In this document: piece by piece, positions 25,164-33,943 of the stretch | How the letters are laid out: the number at the start of each line of letters is the position of its first letter | Numbering within the stretch: the first letter of the stretch is position 1 | Sequence record: NC_017969.1 | From: Escherichia phage vB_EcoS_AKFV33 | DNA length: 64,000 nucleotides | Reading direction: 5' to 3' (one strand) | Notes under the pieces: generated by a model | Database searches by the model: none | What the model was told of the DNA's origin: nothing | What the model saw: the letters and a program-made list of their open reading frames with translations, nothing else | Position numbers and translations under genes: made by a program

Positions 25164-25556
25164 ATGGAACAAGTATATTGGCGTCAGATTGACCCTAGTT
25201 TGGTGAAACGTGCGGAGAAGCTGCTACAACGTTGGTTGGGGGTAAGGCAAGCCTCCTTCTCTTTTCCGGAGCAGCAAACGGATGATCCATGCATTGGCGT
25301 TTTCCTGTCTGGATATGCCGGGGAATGGGAGATGGATTGGAATGAATTGTCCGCTATGAGTTTAATTGTTGCCCTAAATTTCTCTTTGTTCCATCCACGT
25401 GGTTTGGCCATATGTCGTGTGCCTGATGACGGTTGTTCGCCCCATCTTTTACAGGTGGAAGATGATATTTGGGAGTACACTCCAGATATTCTCAAAGAAG
25501 CTAAAGAACAATTAAACCGTGTTGGGATTTATGTTCCAGGCCTAAATGATGAATGA
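25164..25556 (+). CDS. hypothetical protein (130 aa), paralog of previous ORF
   Basis: as above. Confidence 0.5.
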   Translation: MEQVYWRQIDPSLVKRAEKLLQRWLGVRQASFSFPEQQTDDPCIGVFLSGYAGEWEMDWNELSAMSLIVALNFSLFHPRGLAICRVPDDGCSPHLLQVEDDIWEYTPDILKEAKEQLNRVGIYVPGLNDE

Positions 25557-25647
25557 TTTTTATTAGCTGAAATTTGTAATCCGGGCTATTAGTGCTCGGA
25601 TTATTACATAATCTTTCCAGTCGATTGACAGTCAAAATAAATTGTCG

Positions 25648-25678
25648 TTGACAATTTGGATGGATTATGTAATAATAT
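25648..25678 (+). promoter_or_regulatory. promoter with duplicated TTGACA boxes upstream of second HNH gene
   Basis: TTGACA at 25625 and 25648, TAATAA/TAATAT -10 candidates. Confidence 0.4.
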
Positions 25679-25695
25679 ATGTATTGGAGGTGAGG

Positions 25696-26148
25696 ATGTC
25701 ATTCACACAGCAAGAACTTTTAGATAACTTCCGATATGAAGATGGTAAGTTATTTAGAACTACAGGAAGAAATGCAGGGAAAGAATGTTGTGTTTCTACG
25801 GGTAACGGATATTATCGTATATCTCTAGGGAATAGGACTATGCTTCGGCATAGAGCAATATTTTTAATGCATCATGGATACTTACCTGATTTAGTAGATC
25901 ATGTGAATACTATAAAAGGTGATGATCGTATTGAAAATCTTAGAGAGCAGACAGTGTCCGGTAATCTAAGAAATATCAAATATAAGAAAGGAATGCATGT
26001 TTACCCTTCTGGTAGTAAGAACTGGCAAGTAGTATTTACTATTAACCGTAAACGTATAGTTAAAGGAACATATGACAACTATGAGGTTGCATGTTCTATG
26101 GCCAAGATGTTTAGAGGTCAATTATACGGTAGGGAATCAATCCAGTAA
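25696..26148 (+). CDS. HNH homing endonuclease with AP2-type domain (second copy)
   Basis: HRAIFLMHHGYLPDLVDHVNTIKGDDRIENLREQT plus AP2-like C-terminus; start moved to ATG after GGAGGTGAGG RBS. Confidence 0.7.
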   Translation: MSFTQQELLDNFRYEDGKLFRTTGRNAGKECCVSTGNGYYRISLGNRTMLRHRAIFLMHHGYLPDLVDHVNTIKGDDRIENLREQTVSGNLRNIKYKKGMHVYPSGSKNWQVVFTINRKRIVKGTYDNYEVACSMAKMFRGQLYGRESIQ

Positions 26149-26156
26149 AATTTCAT

Positions 26157-26186
26157 TTGCAAGGGAGTATTATTTTATAGTATAAT
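26157..26186 (+). promoter_or_regulatory. early-type promoter (TTGCAA-18-TATAAT) reading into a 500-nt ORF-free region
   Basis: motif plus ATTCCCATAAATGAGAG leader. Confidence 0.45.
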
Positions 26187-26681
26187 ATTCCCATAAATGA
26201 GAGACATTAGTAAAAATTGATTTTGCTAATTTTTCTTGTTTACAATCCGCGATACGGAACAGTTAGGCTGCCCCATTAAGGGTTGTTTTAACTATTACTA
26301 GTGTTTATATTGCATTAGTTAATCTTCAATTAAGTGATCTGTGTACCCTGAATTCGGAAAGGTAAATCCAAACCGTGCATATTTAGCTCGTTATATAGGC
26401 AGAGCTTTATATGGGGGTGCGAACGAAAAGAGCAGCGAATGGCGGCACGTACAGTAGTCACCTACCAATAGGATAGTGAGGACAAATAGAATCGGCTTAG
26501 CGGCCAATGACCTAGGTTCTATTCTGTATATGAGCGAAGAGAGCACAGCACTGAGATATGATAACTTATTCATATTGTTTGATGATAATTGATGTTTACG
26601 TAAATAGTAGTAATAGTTGTTCTATTCTTTCTGAATAGTCCTAAAGAAAAGATTTCTATTAATCAACACAGGAGTATTGTT

Positions 26682-29471
26682 GTGTTTTCTATCCTCCAAG
26701 GTCACGCCGGGTTTTCTCGTGATTTAGCAACAGGTATTTGGCGAGAAATCAAAGCGGAAGATTATACCTTTGCCAAACGATTCTCGAAAGAGCATCCAGA
26801 AGGTAAACCAGCTTCTATGCCCTTCAAATTTGATGTAATAGAAGAGCACGACCCACAAAGCCTTGCCGAAATGTTACCACTTATGAGACGTTTAACGTCT
26901 GACCCTCATATCGTTGCGGTACGAGGTCGATGTCTTGCACCTAAAAATAATGTGCGACGTAAGAAAGGTAACTTTAATGTATCCAACCCTAGCAATATTA
27001 TTGCTATGGACGTGGATGGTATCCTAGATACCGGTGGGTATGACAAGTTTAATCTTGTAGGTATGGCTCGACATATTATTAGGATGTTAAATAGTATTAG
27101 TGAGGATATGTTTCCTCTTGATGCAGGGTTTATCGCTCATGCATCGTCTTCGGCTGGGCTAAAACCAGGTATCCGAATGCACTTAATACTAGAATCTAAT
27201 GTTAAGGTAACTCAGGGTCAAATCAAATTCTTATTTACATCTATCAACGAAAGTAGTAGACAAAAGTATGGCTTTGATATTGCCGACTTAGCTTATTACT
27301 CTTCCGTACAGCTCCATTATTTTGCAGATCCGTTATTTACCGATGGTATAGTAGATCCGTTTAAAGCGGAGAGTAAGCCACGTCTGGTATATGTTAAAGG
27401 TTCGAAGGTAAATTTGCCCAATAATCTGGTTGACTATGAAACAACTAGAGGGGAATTTAAGGAAGAGTTTTATTCTTTACTTGATCAAATTAAAGGCAAA
27501 AAGATTGCTTCTGATAAAGTAGAAGAAACCATCAGCGAATTGGAAGAAGCCGAGGATGGGGTGTACTTGCGTATTATCCCCAAACTCTACCATAGAGCAT
27601 TAGAGGATGGTGTTGATTTCGCATGGCTAGAACGTGAGATTAAACCCGCTTTATCTGAATATATTGCAACTAAAGATAACAGTCGTAATATTCAAGATTA
27701 CTTTAATAACGGTCGTAAGCAGGCTCTCAAAGCGTTTGTTAATAATTCTAAACGTGAGATCCCATTAAATCTGAAGGGTGTTCCACTCAAGAAATTAGAA
27801 GTGGATTCTCCACCAGAAGTTCCGTACCTGAAGATTAACATTGTGCCTCCAAAAGGCCATATAACATTTGTTAAGGCAAGTCTTGGTACTGGTAAGACTA
27901 CGGCAGTAACTAAATGGCTGGACGCAGGTGTTCTTCCTGGCAACTTTTTAGCAGTTACAAATACTAGAGCACTGGTATCTTCAAACGCTAAGAAATTTAG
28001 CGCAGGACAATATGATAAGTCTGTAGATATGCTCAACTTTAAACGTGGAGCTATTGATCGTATGTCTACAACTATCCACTCTTTGCATAAGTTCAAAAGT
28101 TTTATTGGTCAAATAGATACCATTTTTATTGATGAATGTGATGCTGTAATGAATGATCTATTATTCGCACCTGTTGTTAAGCAACGTCGCGAATGTATTC
28201 AAGTTCTACGTGACATCCTCATGACAGCTAAAACTGTAATTCTATCTGATGGGGATATTAGTGCAGAAACAATTGAAGCATATGGTTCTCTAATTGATTT
28301 TGATAAACCAGTAGCATTTTATAATCATCACCGTAAGATGCTGTCAAAAGCTCATGCTTATGAGTTCCCGGATGAATCCAGTATTTGGGTTGCACTTCAG
28401 ACCTCTCTAGAGATGGGTGAGAAATCTATCCTAGTATCTGATTGTGGGCCGGATGAACTGAATGAGAAGGGCATGGCGTTGCGTCGTAATACGGGTGCGT
28501 TAGTTAAGGAAATCCACTCAAACTCTACGTCTGATGTAGATATTCGACGTATTCTGGATTACACAACTAATGAGCTAATTGACCAACAAATTGATTGCTT
28601 ATTATGTAGTCCATCCGTAACTAGTGGTGTTGACTTCAACTATTTTGATAACGTATTCGTTATTACTAGAACCAGCAACCAAGCGCCAAACATGCGTTTC
28701 CAAGCAATCAGGCGCGACCGTGGTGCTCAGAACATTTATTATTTTATTGATAAATCTACGAGTGGATTCTCCGCAGGTTCTGAACAATATAATATTGATG
28801 AGGGTTGGCTGGAGTTAGCACAGCAATTATACGCACGTCGTAGGGAGCTGGAATCTAGGAATTATACTAGTACCTTACGTTATTACTTGCTTGATCAGGG
28901 TGCAACTATTGATATTTTCAGTGAAAGCTGGGGAACTATCGAAGGTGCAGGCAAAGAGTATACAGAAGAGCGAATCAAAGCCATTTTGTATTCAACTCCT
29001 GATTATTGCGCTCCACGTCATGCGGATGCGTATGAAGCTAAACTACTTCTTGTTCGCTACTATCATCTTGAGTCTATTAAAGATGTAACAGTTGAGCATG
29101 TTGAACAATATATCAAGGATAAACCTAATGATCGGGCTGCATTCTTCCATAAAATGCACGAGATGTTCTGGGAAGATATTAAGAAGTGTTCAAATGTCAC
29201 TATCAAACCATTCATAGAAGCTCTGAAAGGTAAGAAGAAAGATTTCTTCCTTAAAACAGGTCAGAGTGCTAACCCAAAATATGCCAGAATGTATCTTGGT
29301 ATGATGGGTATTGGTAAAGATATGAACACGGAGAATATTGTAGACTGGTACAGAACTTATTGTAAAATCGAGTGTATGCCAATCCCATATAAGTTTATGA
29401 CTGATGAGGAGAAACATATGCATGATGAAGCAATGGCAGAGCTAGGTGCTAGAAATGACAGTGAAGAATAA
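26682..29471 (+). CDS. large P-loop NTPase, putative helicase / replication-initiation protein
   Basis: Walker A ASLGTGKTT, DExD-like IFIDECD, TSGVDF; GTG start 7 nt after GGAG. Confidence 0.65.
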   Translation: MFSILQGHAGFSRDLATGIWREIKAEDYTFAKRFSKEHPEGKPASMPFKFDVIEEHDPQSLAEMLPLMRRLTSDPHIVAVRGRCLAPKNNVRRKKGNFNVSNPSNIIAMDVDGILDTGGYDKFNLVGMARHIIRMLNSISEDMFPLDAGFIAHASSSAGLKPGIRMHLILESNVKVTQGQIKFLFTSINESSRQKYGFDIADLAYYSSVQLHYFADPLFTDGIVDPFKAESKPRLVYVKGSKVNLPNNLVDYETTRGEFKEEFYSLLDQIKGKKIASDKVEETISELEEAEDGVYLRIIPKLYHRALEDGVDFAWLEREIKPALSEYIATKDNSRNIQDYFNNGRKQALKAFVNNSKREIPLNLKGVPLKKLEVDSPPEVPYLKINIVPPKGHITFVKASLGTGKTTAVTKWLDAGVLPGNFLAVTNTRALVSSNAKKFSAGQYDKSVDMLNFKRGAIDRMSTTIHSLHKFKSFIGQIDTIFIDECDAVMNDLLFAPVVKQRRECIQVLRDILMTAKTVILSDGDISAETIEAYGSLIDFDKPVAFYNHHRKMLSKAHAYEFPDESSIWVALQTSLEMGEKSILVSDCGPDELNEKGMALRRNTGALVKEIHSNSTSDVDIRRILDYTTNELIDQQIDCLLCSPSVTSGVDFNYFDNVFVITRTSNQAPNMRFQAIRRDRGAQNIYYFIDKSTSGFSAGSEQYNIDEGWLELAQQLYARRRELESRNYTSTLRYYLLDQGATIDIFSESWGTIEGAGKEYTEERIKAILYSTPDYCAPRHADAYEAKLLLVRYYHLESIKDVTVEHVEQYIKDKPNDRAAFFHKMHEMFWEDIKKCSNVTIKPFIEALKGKKKDFFLKTGQSANPKYARMYLGMMGIGKDMNTENIVDWYRTYCKIECMPIPYKFMTDEEKHMHDEAMAELGARNDSEE

Positions 29472-29688
29472 AAAATGGGAAACAAGGAAGTTCCCAGTAA
29501 AAGAACGTAAAGTTCCTGTTTACGACACTTCGGAAAAGCTATGTAGGGTGGTACCGCCCAGATTAGCTGGCATCCCTAACATATCCGAATGGTTACTTAA
29601 ACAACGGAAAACCAACGTGTCTCTTCGCATCGGCTTTGAGTTAGATAAAGTCTATGCTGAACTTGCTTCTTTGCTCAAGGAATCGTAA
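29446..29688 (+). CDS. hypothetical protein (80 aa)
   Basis: ORF track. Confidence 0.35.
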   Translation: MLEMTVKNKKWETRKFPVKERKVPVYDTSEKLCRVVPPRLAGIPNISEWLLKQRKTNVSLRIGFELDKVYAELASLLKES

Positions 29689-29696
29689 AAATTTAT

Positions 29697-29725
29697 TTGC
29701 TTTCAGGAAAATTTTTCTGTATAAT
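29697..29725 (+). promoter_or_regulatory. T5 PN25-type early promoter (TTGCTT-17-TATAAT)
   Basis: TTTATTTGCTTTCAGGAAAATTTTTCTGTATAATAGATTCATAAATTTGAGAGAGGAG matches the classic PN25 sequence from memory. Confidence 0.7.
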
Positions 29726-29756
29726 AGATTCATAAATTTGAGAGAGGAGTTTAAAT

Positions 29757-30461
29757 ATGGCCGGTTCTCGCAGAAAGAAACATATCCATGAAATCCCGGA
29801 TGAAGTCTTCAAAAAAGTTATAGAGCATCTAGAGAACGGTGGTACTAAGAAAGCAGCATGTGAAATGCTTGGCGTATCATCCAATCCAACTATGGAAAGG
29901 ATGATTGAAGAATGGCAAGACCGCCAGATTCAAGTTGCCGAAATGAAGAAAAAGAAACGTGGCACACTCATTGAAGGCATTGAGTTAGCTAACGTTATTG
30001 AGCAGTATTTATCTGGTGATTCTTTTGAAGAGATTGCCGATCGTAATTATCGATCTGTAGCAATGGTTAAATCTGTTCTGGAACGCTATGGTGCTTTGCT
30101 TCGTTTGAACGATATTGTAGACCCATTGAATCCTCCAATTATTCCTGATGATGCTGTAGCAGAAGAATTTGCAGTTGGTGAGCTTGTTTGGGTTCCTGGA
30201 TACCAGTGTATCGGTGAAATCAAAAAAGCAATGGATAATCCTGTTGGTTGTTACCGTGTATGGCTTCTATCAGAAGGCAAACAACAGAACGTTCATTATA
30301 TGAATTACGAGCTGGCTTCTGTTAAACATCTGGAAAAGCTAGGGGTTGATGTAAAATCTCTGGGATACAAGTGGACTCGTGAAGAAGTAATTTCGTTGAT
30401 TAACGAAGCTGTTAAGGCTGCCCTGAAACTTGATAAAGAAAAAGGAAAACGCCGTGAGTAA
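29757..30461 (+). CDS. DNA-binding protein with two HTH-like motifs
   Basis: GTKKAACEMLGVSSNPTMERM and SFEEIADRNYRSVAMVKSV segments; follows PN25-type promoter. Confidence 0.55.
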   Translation: MAGSRRKKHIHEIPDEVFKKVIEHLENGGTKKAACEMLGVSSNPTMERMIEEWQDRQIQVAEMKKKKRGTLIEGIELANVIEQYLSGDSFEEIADRNYRSVAMVKSVLERYGALLRLNDIVDPLNPPIIPDDAVAEEFAVGELVWVPGYQCIGEIKKAMDNPVGCYRVWLLSEGKQQNVHYMNYELASVKHLEKLGVDVKSLGYKWTREEVISLINEAVKAALKLDKEKGKRRE

Positions 30462-30705
30462 ACTAACAGATTTGCTTAAAGATGGGGAAGTAAAAACTCT
30501 GTATCGTAGAAGCTGGGATAATGACAATAATGGCTTAGTGTTACTAACTTTAGACGCTGACTCAGATGTAGTTACCCAACATACCTGGGTAGCTGGTAGT
30601 TATCCCTATAGTGAGGTTGTTACGTTAACAGTATGCGAAGCTATTGCTGACGATTGGGAGATTGCCAGCATTGATGATATGCTTGCTGTTGGCCTGGTGG
30701 AGTAA
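30455..30705 (+). CDS. hypothetical acidic protein (~83 aa)
   Basis: GTG start overlapping upstream stop. Confidence 0.4.
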
Positions 30706-30808
30706 CTACAGAAAAATTTCAGTTGCTTAATCCTATAATTCTTGATATAATATTCTCATAGTTTGAAAGAACTATTCTGTTTAATTCTTAATTAAGGAAA
30801 TATAAAAT

Positions 30809-31219
30809 ATGACTACTCCAACTCAGTGGACTGATGAACTGTTCGAAAAAATGTCTTCCGAATACGTTGCTCGTATGGAGCAATTCCCAGAGGATGAACG
30901 TCCGGGTGTTAGCATGGAAATTGTTAGCGAAATTGCCCAGGAAAATGGTGTAACTCCGAACGGTTTTCGTATGAAGCTGACTAAAGCAGGTTTGTATATC
31001 AAGAAAGCTGCTGGCTCTGCTTCTAAATCTAGCGCATCTACTGGAGAAAAAGCTTCCGGTGGTTCTCGTACCTCCAAAGCCCAAGCTCACGCCGATCTTC
31101 GCTCAGCATTCTCTGATGCTGGCCTAGCACCAGATTTTCTGGATGATGCAATTATCGACAAACTGACCGGTAAAGCGGCTGCTCATCTGGCAGAAGCAAT
31201 CCGAGCTATCACTAAGTAA
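30809..31219 (+). CDS. hypothetical protein (136 aa), host-like codon usage
   Basis: strong preference for GCT/CTG/CGT/GAA/AAA codons. Confidence 0.55.
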   Translation: MTTPTQWTDELFEKMSSEYVARMEQFPEDERPGVSMEIVSEIAQENGVTPNGFRMKLTKAGLYIKKAAGSASKSSASTGEKASGGSRTSKAQAHADLRSAFSDAGLAPDFLDDAIIDKLTGKAAAHLAEAIRAITK

Positions 31220-31255
31220 TTTTTAGATAAATCCACCAACAAAAGGAACACAGTT

Positions 31256-31552
31256 ATGACCAAAGCTGAAATTATCGCACAATGTGAAAAATTTGGTGAG
31301 TTTTATCTTCATTACGAGAAACTTCGTCAGAAAGGAACCACGTACCTTCAGGGTACGATGGAATTTGATCCAGCCCAAGATAAATATCTAGCTGAGCGTA
31401 TTAAACGTGAACGTATTCGTAAAGCGAAAGATGATGAGATCCTTGTCTTCTCTCGTACTAATGATAGCTTCCGTTTTATTCCTGTCGAGAAAGTCCGTCG
31501 TGTGACCAGCCTCCAATCAGAGTTAGATCGTGCTTCTCCAGTAGGCCGATAA
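31256..31552 (+). CDS. hypothetical protein (98 aa)
   Basis: ORF track; followed by terminator. Confidence 0.5.
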   Translation: MTKAEIIAQCEKFGEFYLHYEKLRQKGTTYLQGTMEFDPAQDKYLAERIKRERIRKAKDDEILVFSRTNDSFRFIPVEKVRRVTSLQSELDRASPVGR

Positions 31553-31562
31553 GAAACCAATT

Positions 31563-31591
31563 AGCCCCTATATGGGGCTTTTTGTGTATTT
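31563..31591 (+). terminator. rho-independent terminator
   Basis: AGCCCC-TATAT-GGGGCT then TTTTGTGTATTT. Confidence 0.6.
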
Positions 31592-31602
31592 GGGATATGT
31601 AA

Positions 31603-31911
31603 ATGAGCGAACAGGTAAATCAAAACTATGAAGGACACGTTGATGACCAGTCCATCATACTTTGGGAGAAGGAGGGGGAACAAGTAAGATTAACAGTATC
31701 TGAATTTCGTGGGAATCTATACATGGGTATTCGTTACTGGCTTCTTGATATTAATGATGAATGGTTTCCAACGAAATCTGGCTTCTCTTTTCCTTACACC
31801 CTAGAAACAACATCACAGCTTTTCTATGCGTTTACACAGATTCTTAGCGAATCTGAGGTTTTACATGAAGTACAGAAACGAGCTGAAGAACTCAAAGCCA
31901 AGAATGCCTAG
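31603..31911 (+). CDS. hypothetical protein (102 aa), possible PC4-like ssDNA-binding fold
   Basis: weak pattern only. Confidence 0.45.
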   Translation: MSEQVNQNYEGHVDDQSIILWEKEGEQVRLTVSEFRGNLYMGIRYWLLDINDEWFPTKSGFSFPYTLETTSQLFYAFTQILSESEVLHEVQKRAEELKAKNA

Positions 31912-31938
31912 TTCTTGGCTTTTTCTTTATAAATGTAC

Positions 31939-31967
31939 TTGCTTTCAACTCAGTTTTGTTATATAAT
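31939..31967 (+). promoter_or_regulatory. early promoter (TTGCTT-17-TATAAT) upstream of ligase N-terminal gene
   Basis: motif plus TTTATATAAATTAACGAGAG leader. Confidence 0.55.
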
Positions 31968-31998
31968 ATTTATATAAATTAACGAGAGATATAAATAA

Positions 31999-32970
31999 AT
32001 GACTAATGTAAAAGAATTTATTAAACGCTGTCAAGAAGCATATTATCAAGGTATGTCTTTAATCTCTGATGAGGAGTATGATTGCCTGGTAAAACGCTTC
32101 CCATTAGAAGAAGAGATCGGACCTAAGGGTGATATTCCACATCTATATCGTATGTATTCTTTACAGAAAGTTTATTATAATCGTGGAGATAAACCCCCAT
32201 TTAACCCATTAGGTCAGGTAGAAACTGATAAGTTAGATGGTTGTGCGATTTCTCTGTTATATATTAATGGCGAATTTGTTCAAGCACTAACTCGTGGTAA
32301 TGGTATTCTAGGGAATGATGTCACAAGCAACGTAAGATTGCTGAACATCCCTCAAAAGATTTCCCAAAAAGTACCTACTCAAATCACTGGTGAAGTTCTA
32401 ATTACAAAAGAAGTAGAAAATAAACGTAACTTTGCCTCTGGTGCTATTAACCTCAAAGATAGCGATGATTTCGTACAACGTATCGGGGAAGGTGGTTTAA
32501 TCTTCGTTGCATACGGTATCCAGTGTTCTGCTGAATCTGTAGGTATTACAGAAACGTATTTAAAAGATATGCTTTGGCTAGAGAATGAGAACTTCTTAAC
32601 AGTTGTTAATGTGCGTTCCTTCTTTAAATGGATTCCGACGGACGGTAAAGTTGTTCGTATTAATGATAACAACAAATTCTTCCGTGAAGGCTGGACTAAT
32701 AAATTCCCTCGTGGAGCATTCGCTATTAAAGAGGATGAAGAAGGCGAGATTACAACTCTTACTAAAGTTGAATGGCAGGTAGGAGCTTCTGGTAAAGTAA
32801 CTCCAGTTGGTTATTTCGAACCGGTAATTATTGATGATGCTACAATTGTTAAAGCGACTCTTAATAACGTTGATTATATTAACTCTCTTGATCTAGAGAT
32901 CGGTTGCCAGATTCGAGTGATTCGTGCTGGTGGTGTAATCCCGTGCATAGTAGAGCGAGTATATGATTAA
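31999..32970 (+). CDS. ligA: NAD-dependent DNA ligase, N-terminal (adenylation/OB) half
   Basis: KxDG motif ETDKLDGCAIS and LTRGNGILGNDVT; ORF ends before zinc finger/HhH/BRCT. Confidence 0.8.
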   Translation: MTNVKEFIKRCQEAYYQGMSLISDEEYDCLVKRFPLEEEIGPKGDIPHLYRMYSLQKVYYNRGDKPPFNPLGQVETDKLDGCAISLLYINGEFVQALTRGNGILGNDVTSNVRLLNIPQKISQKVPTQITGEVLITKEVENKRNFASGAINLKDSDDFVQRIGEGGLIFVAYGIQCSAESVGITETYLKDMLWLENENFLTVVNVRSFFKWIPTDGKVVRINDNNKFFREGWTNKFPRGAFAIKEDEEGEITTLTKVEWQVGASGKVTPVGYFEPVIIDDATIVKATLNNVDYINSLDLEIGCQIRVIRAGGVIPCIVERVYD

Positions 32971-33020
32971 TACATAACCCTTTGCTACCCATCTACCATA
33001 TAGGAATTATAAAGTGGTTA

Positions 33021-33049
33021 TTGACATTTTCGCCGCTTAGGTATATACT
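33021..33049 (+). promoter_or_regulatory. sigma70 promoter (TTGACA-17-TATACT) between the ligase halves
   Basis: consensus -35 and spacing. Confidence 0.5.
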
Positions 33050-33113
33050 ATTATCATTCAGTTGAGGGATAGAAAGTTATGGCGAGGGTAAGCAAAGTTA
33101 GTTAAAATTGTAG

Positions 33114-33142
33114 TTGCTAAATGCTTAAATACTTGCTATAAT
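33114..33142 (+). promoter_or_regulatory. early promoter (TTGCTA-17-TATAAT) upstream of ligase C-terminal gene
   Basis: motif plus TTTATATAAATTGATAAGG leader. Confidence 0.55.
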
Positions 33143-33172
33143 ATTTATATAAATTGATAAGGAAGAAATTTG

Positions 33173-33943
33173 ATGAAAATCGAAATTCCAACACAATGTC
33201 CCTCTTGTGGTTCTAAGCTAGATCTTGTCAACGGACAATTATTCTGTCGGAATAAGTCCAACTGTCCAGCGCAATCAAGTAAGTTAATTGAGAACTTCTG
33301 TACAAAAATGAAGTTAAAGGGCTTTGGTCCAAAAACTATTGAGAAGCTGGAGCTGACGAAGATTTCAGAACTATTTTACCTAACCGAAGAAGATTTGGTT
33401 AGAGCCGTGGGTAGCAAGGTTGCCGCTAAGTTAATTAGCGAATTAAATACTAAAGTTCGCGGAGACATTGACTTTGGTTCAGTTCTCGGTTCTTTAGGAA
33501 TCCCTCTAATTGGAGAGGTTGCAGCAAAGAAATTATCCCAAAATTGCACTAGCTTCCACGATGTGAAGGCTGACGGCAAGGCTGGAGAAAATTATAAAGC
33601 CTGGCTAAATTCCCCACAGGGCAAGGATGTTATCGAATTACCGTGGAAATTCTCAACTGGTGCTAAAACTAAAACCGTCGTTACTGATGATTTAGTTGCC
33701 CAGCCAAATGGAATCGCGGTATGTATTACCGGATCTTTGCAAGATTTTGCAAATCGAACGGATGCAACAAACTATTTAGAAGGTCTAGGATACACGGTTA
33801 AGAAATCCGTTACCAAAGACGTAAAATACCTGATCTGTGAGGATGAATCAAAACGTTCTTCCTCATCTTATAAGAAAGCCGAAACGAATGGGATAGAAAT
33901 CCTGTCGATTAAAGAACTATTGGAGAAAAATAATAATGTCTAA
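33173..33943 (+). CDS. ligA: NAD-dependent DNA ligase, C-terminal (zinc finger-HhH-BRCT) half
   Basis: CPSCGS...C...C zinc finger, HhH-like GIPLIGEVAAKKL, BRCT-like tail. Confidence 0.8.
   Translation: MKIEIPTQCPSCGSKLDLVNGQLFCRNKSNCPAQSSKLIENFCTKMKLKGFGPKTIEKLELTKISELFYLTEEDLVRAVGSKVAAKLISELNTKVRGDIDFGSVLGSLGIPLIGEVAAKKLSQNCTSFHDVKADGKAGENYKAWLNSPQGKDVIELPWKFSTGAKTKTVVTDDLVAQPNGIAVCITGSLQDFANRTDATNYLEGLGYTVKKSVTKDVKYLICEDESKRSSSSYKKAETNGIEILSIKELLEKNNNV

Noticed and set aside
26391-26573. Minus-strand 60-aa ORF in the 530-nt non-coding region
   Set aside because: Wrong orientation for the plus-strand unit, no promoter or RBS, minimal length
27698-28096. Minus-strand 132-aa ORF inside the 929-aa NTPase gene
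   Set aside because: Antisense shadow ORF
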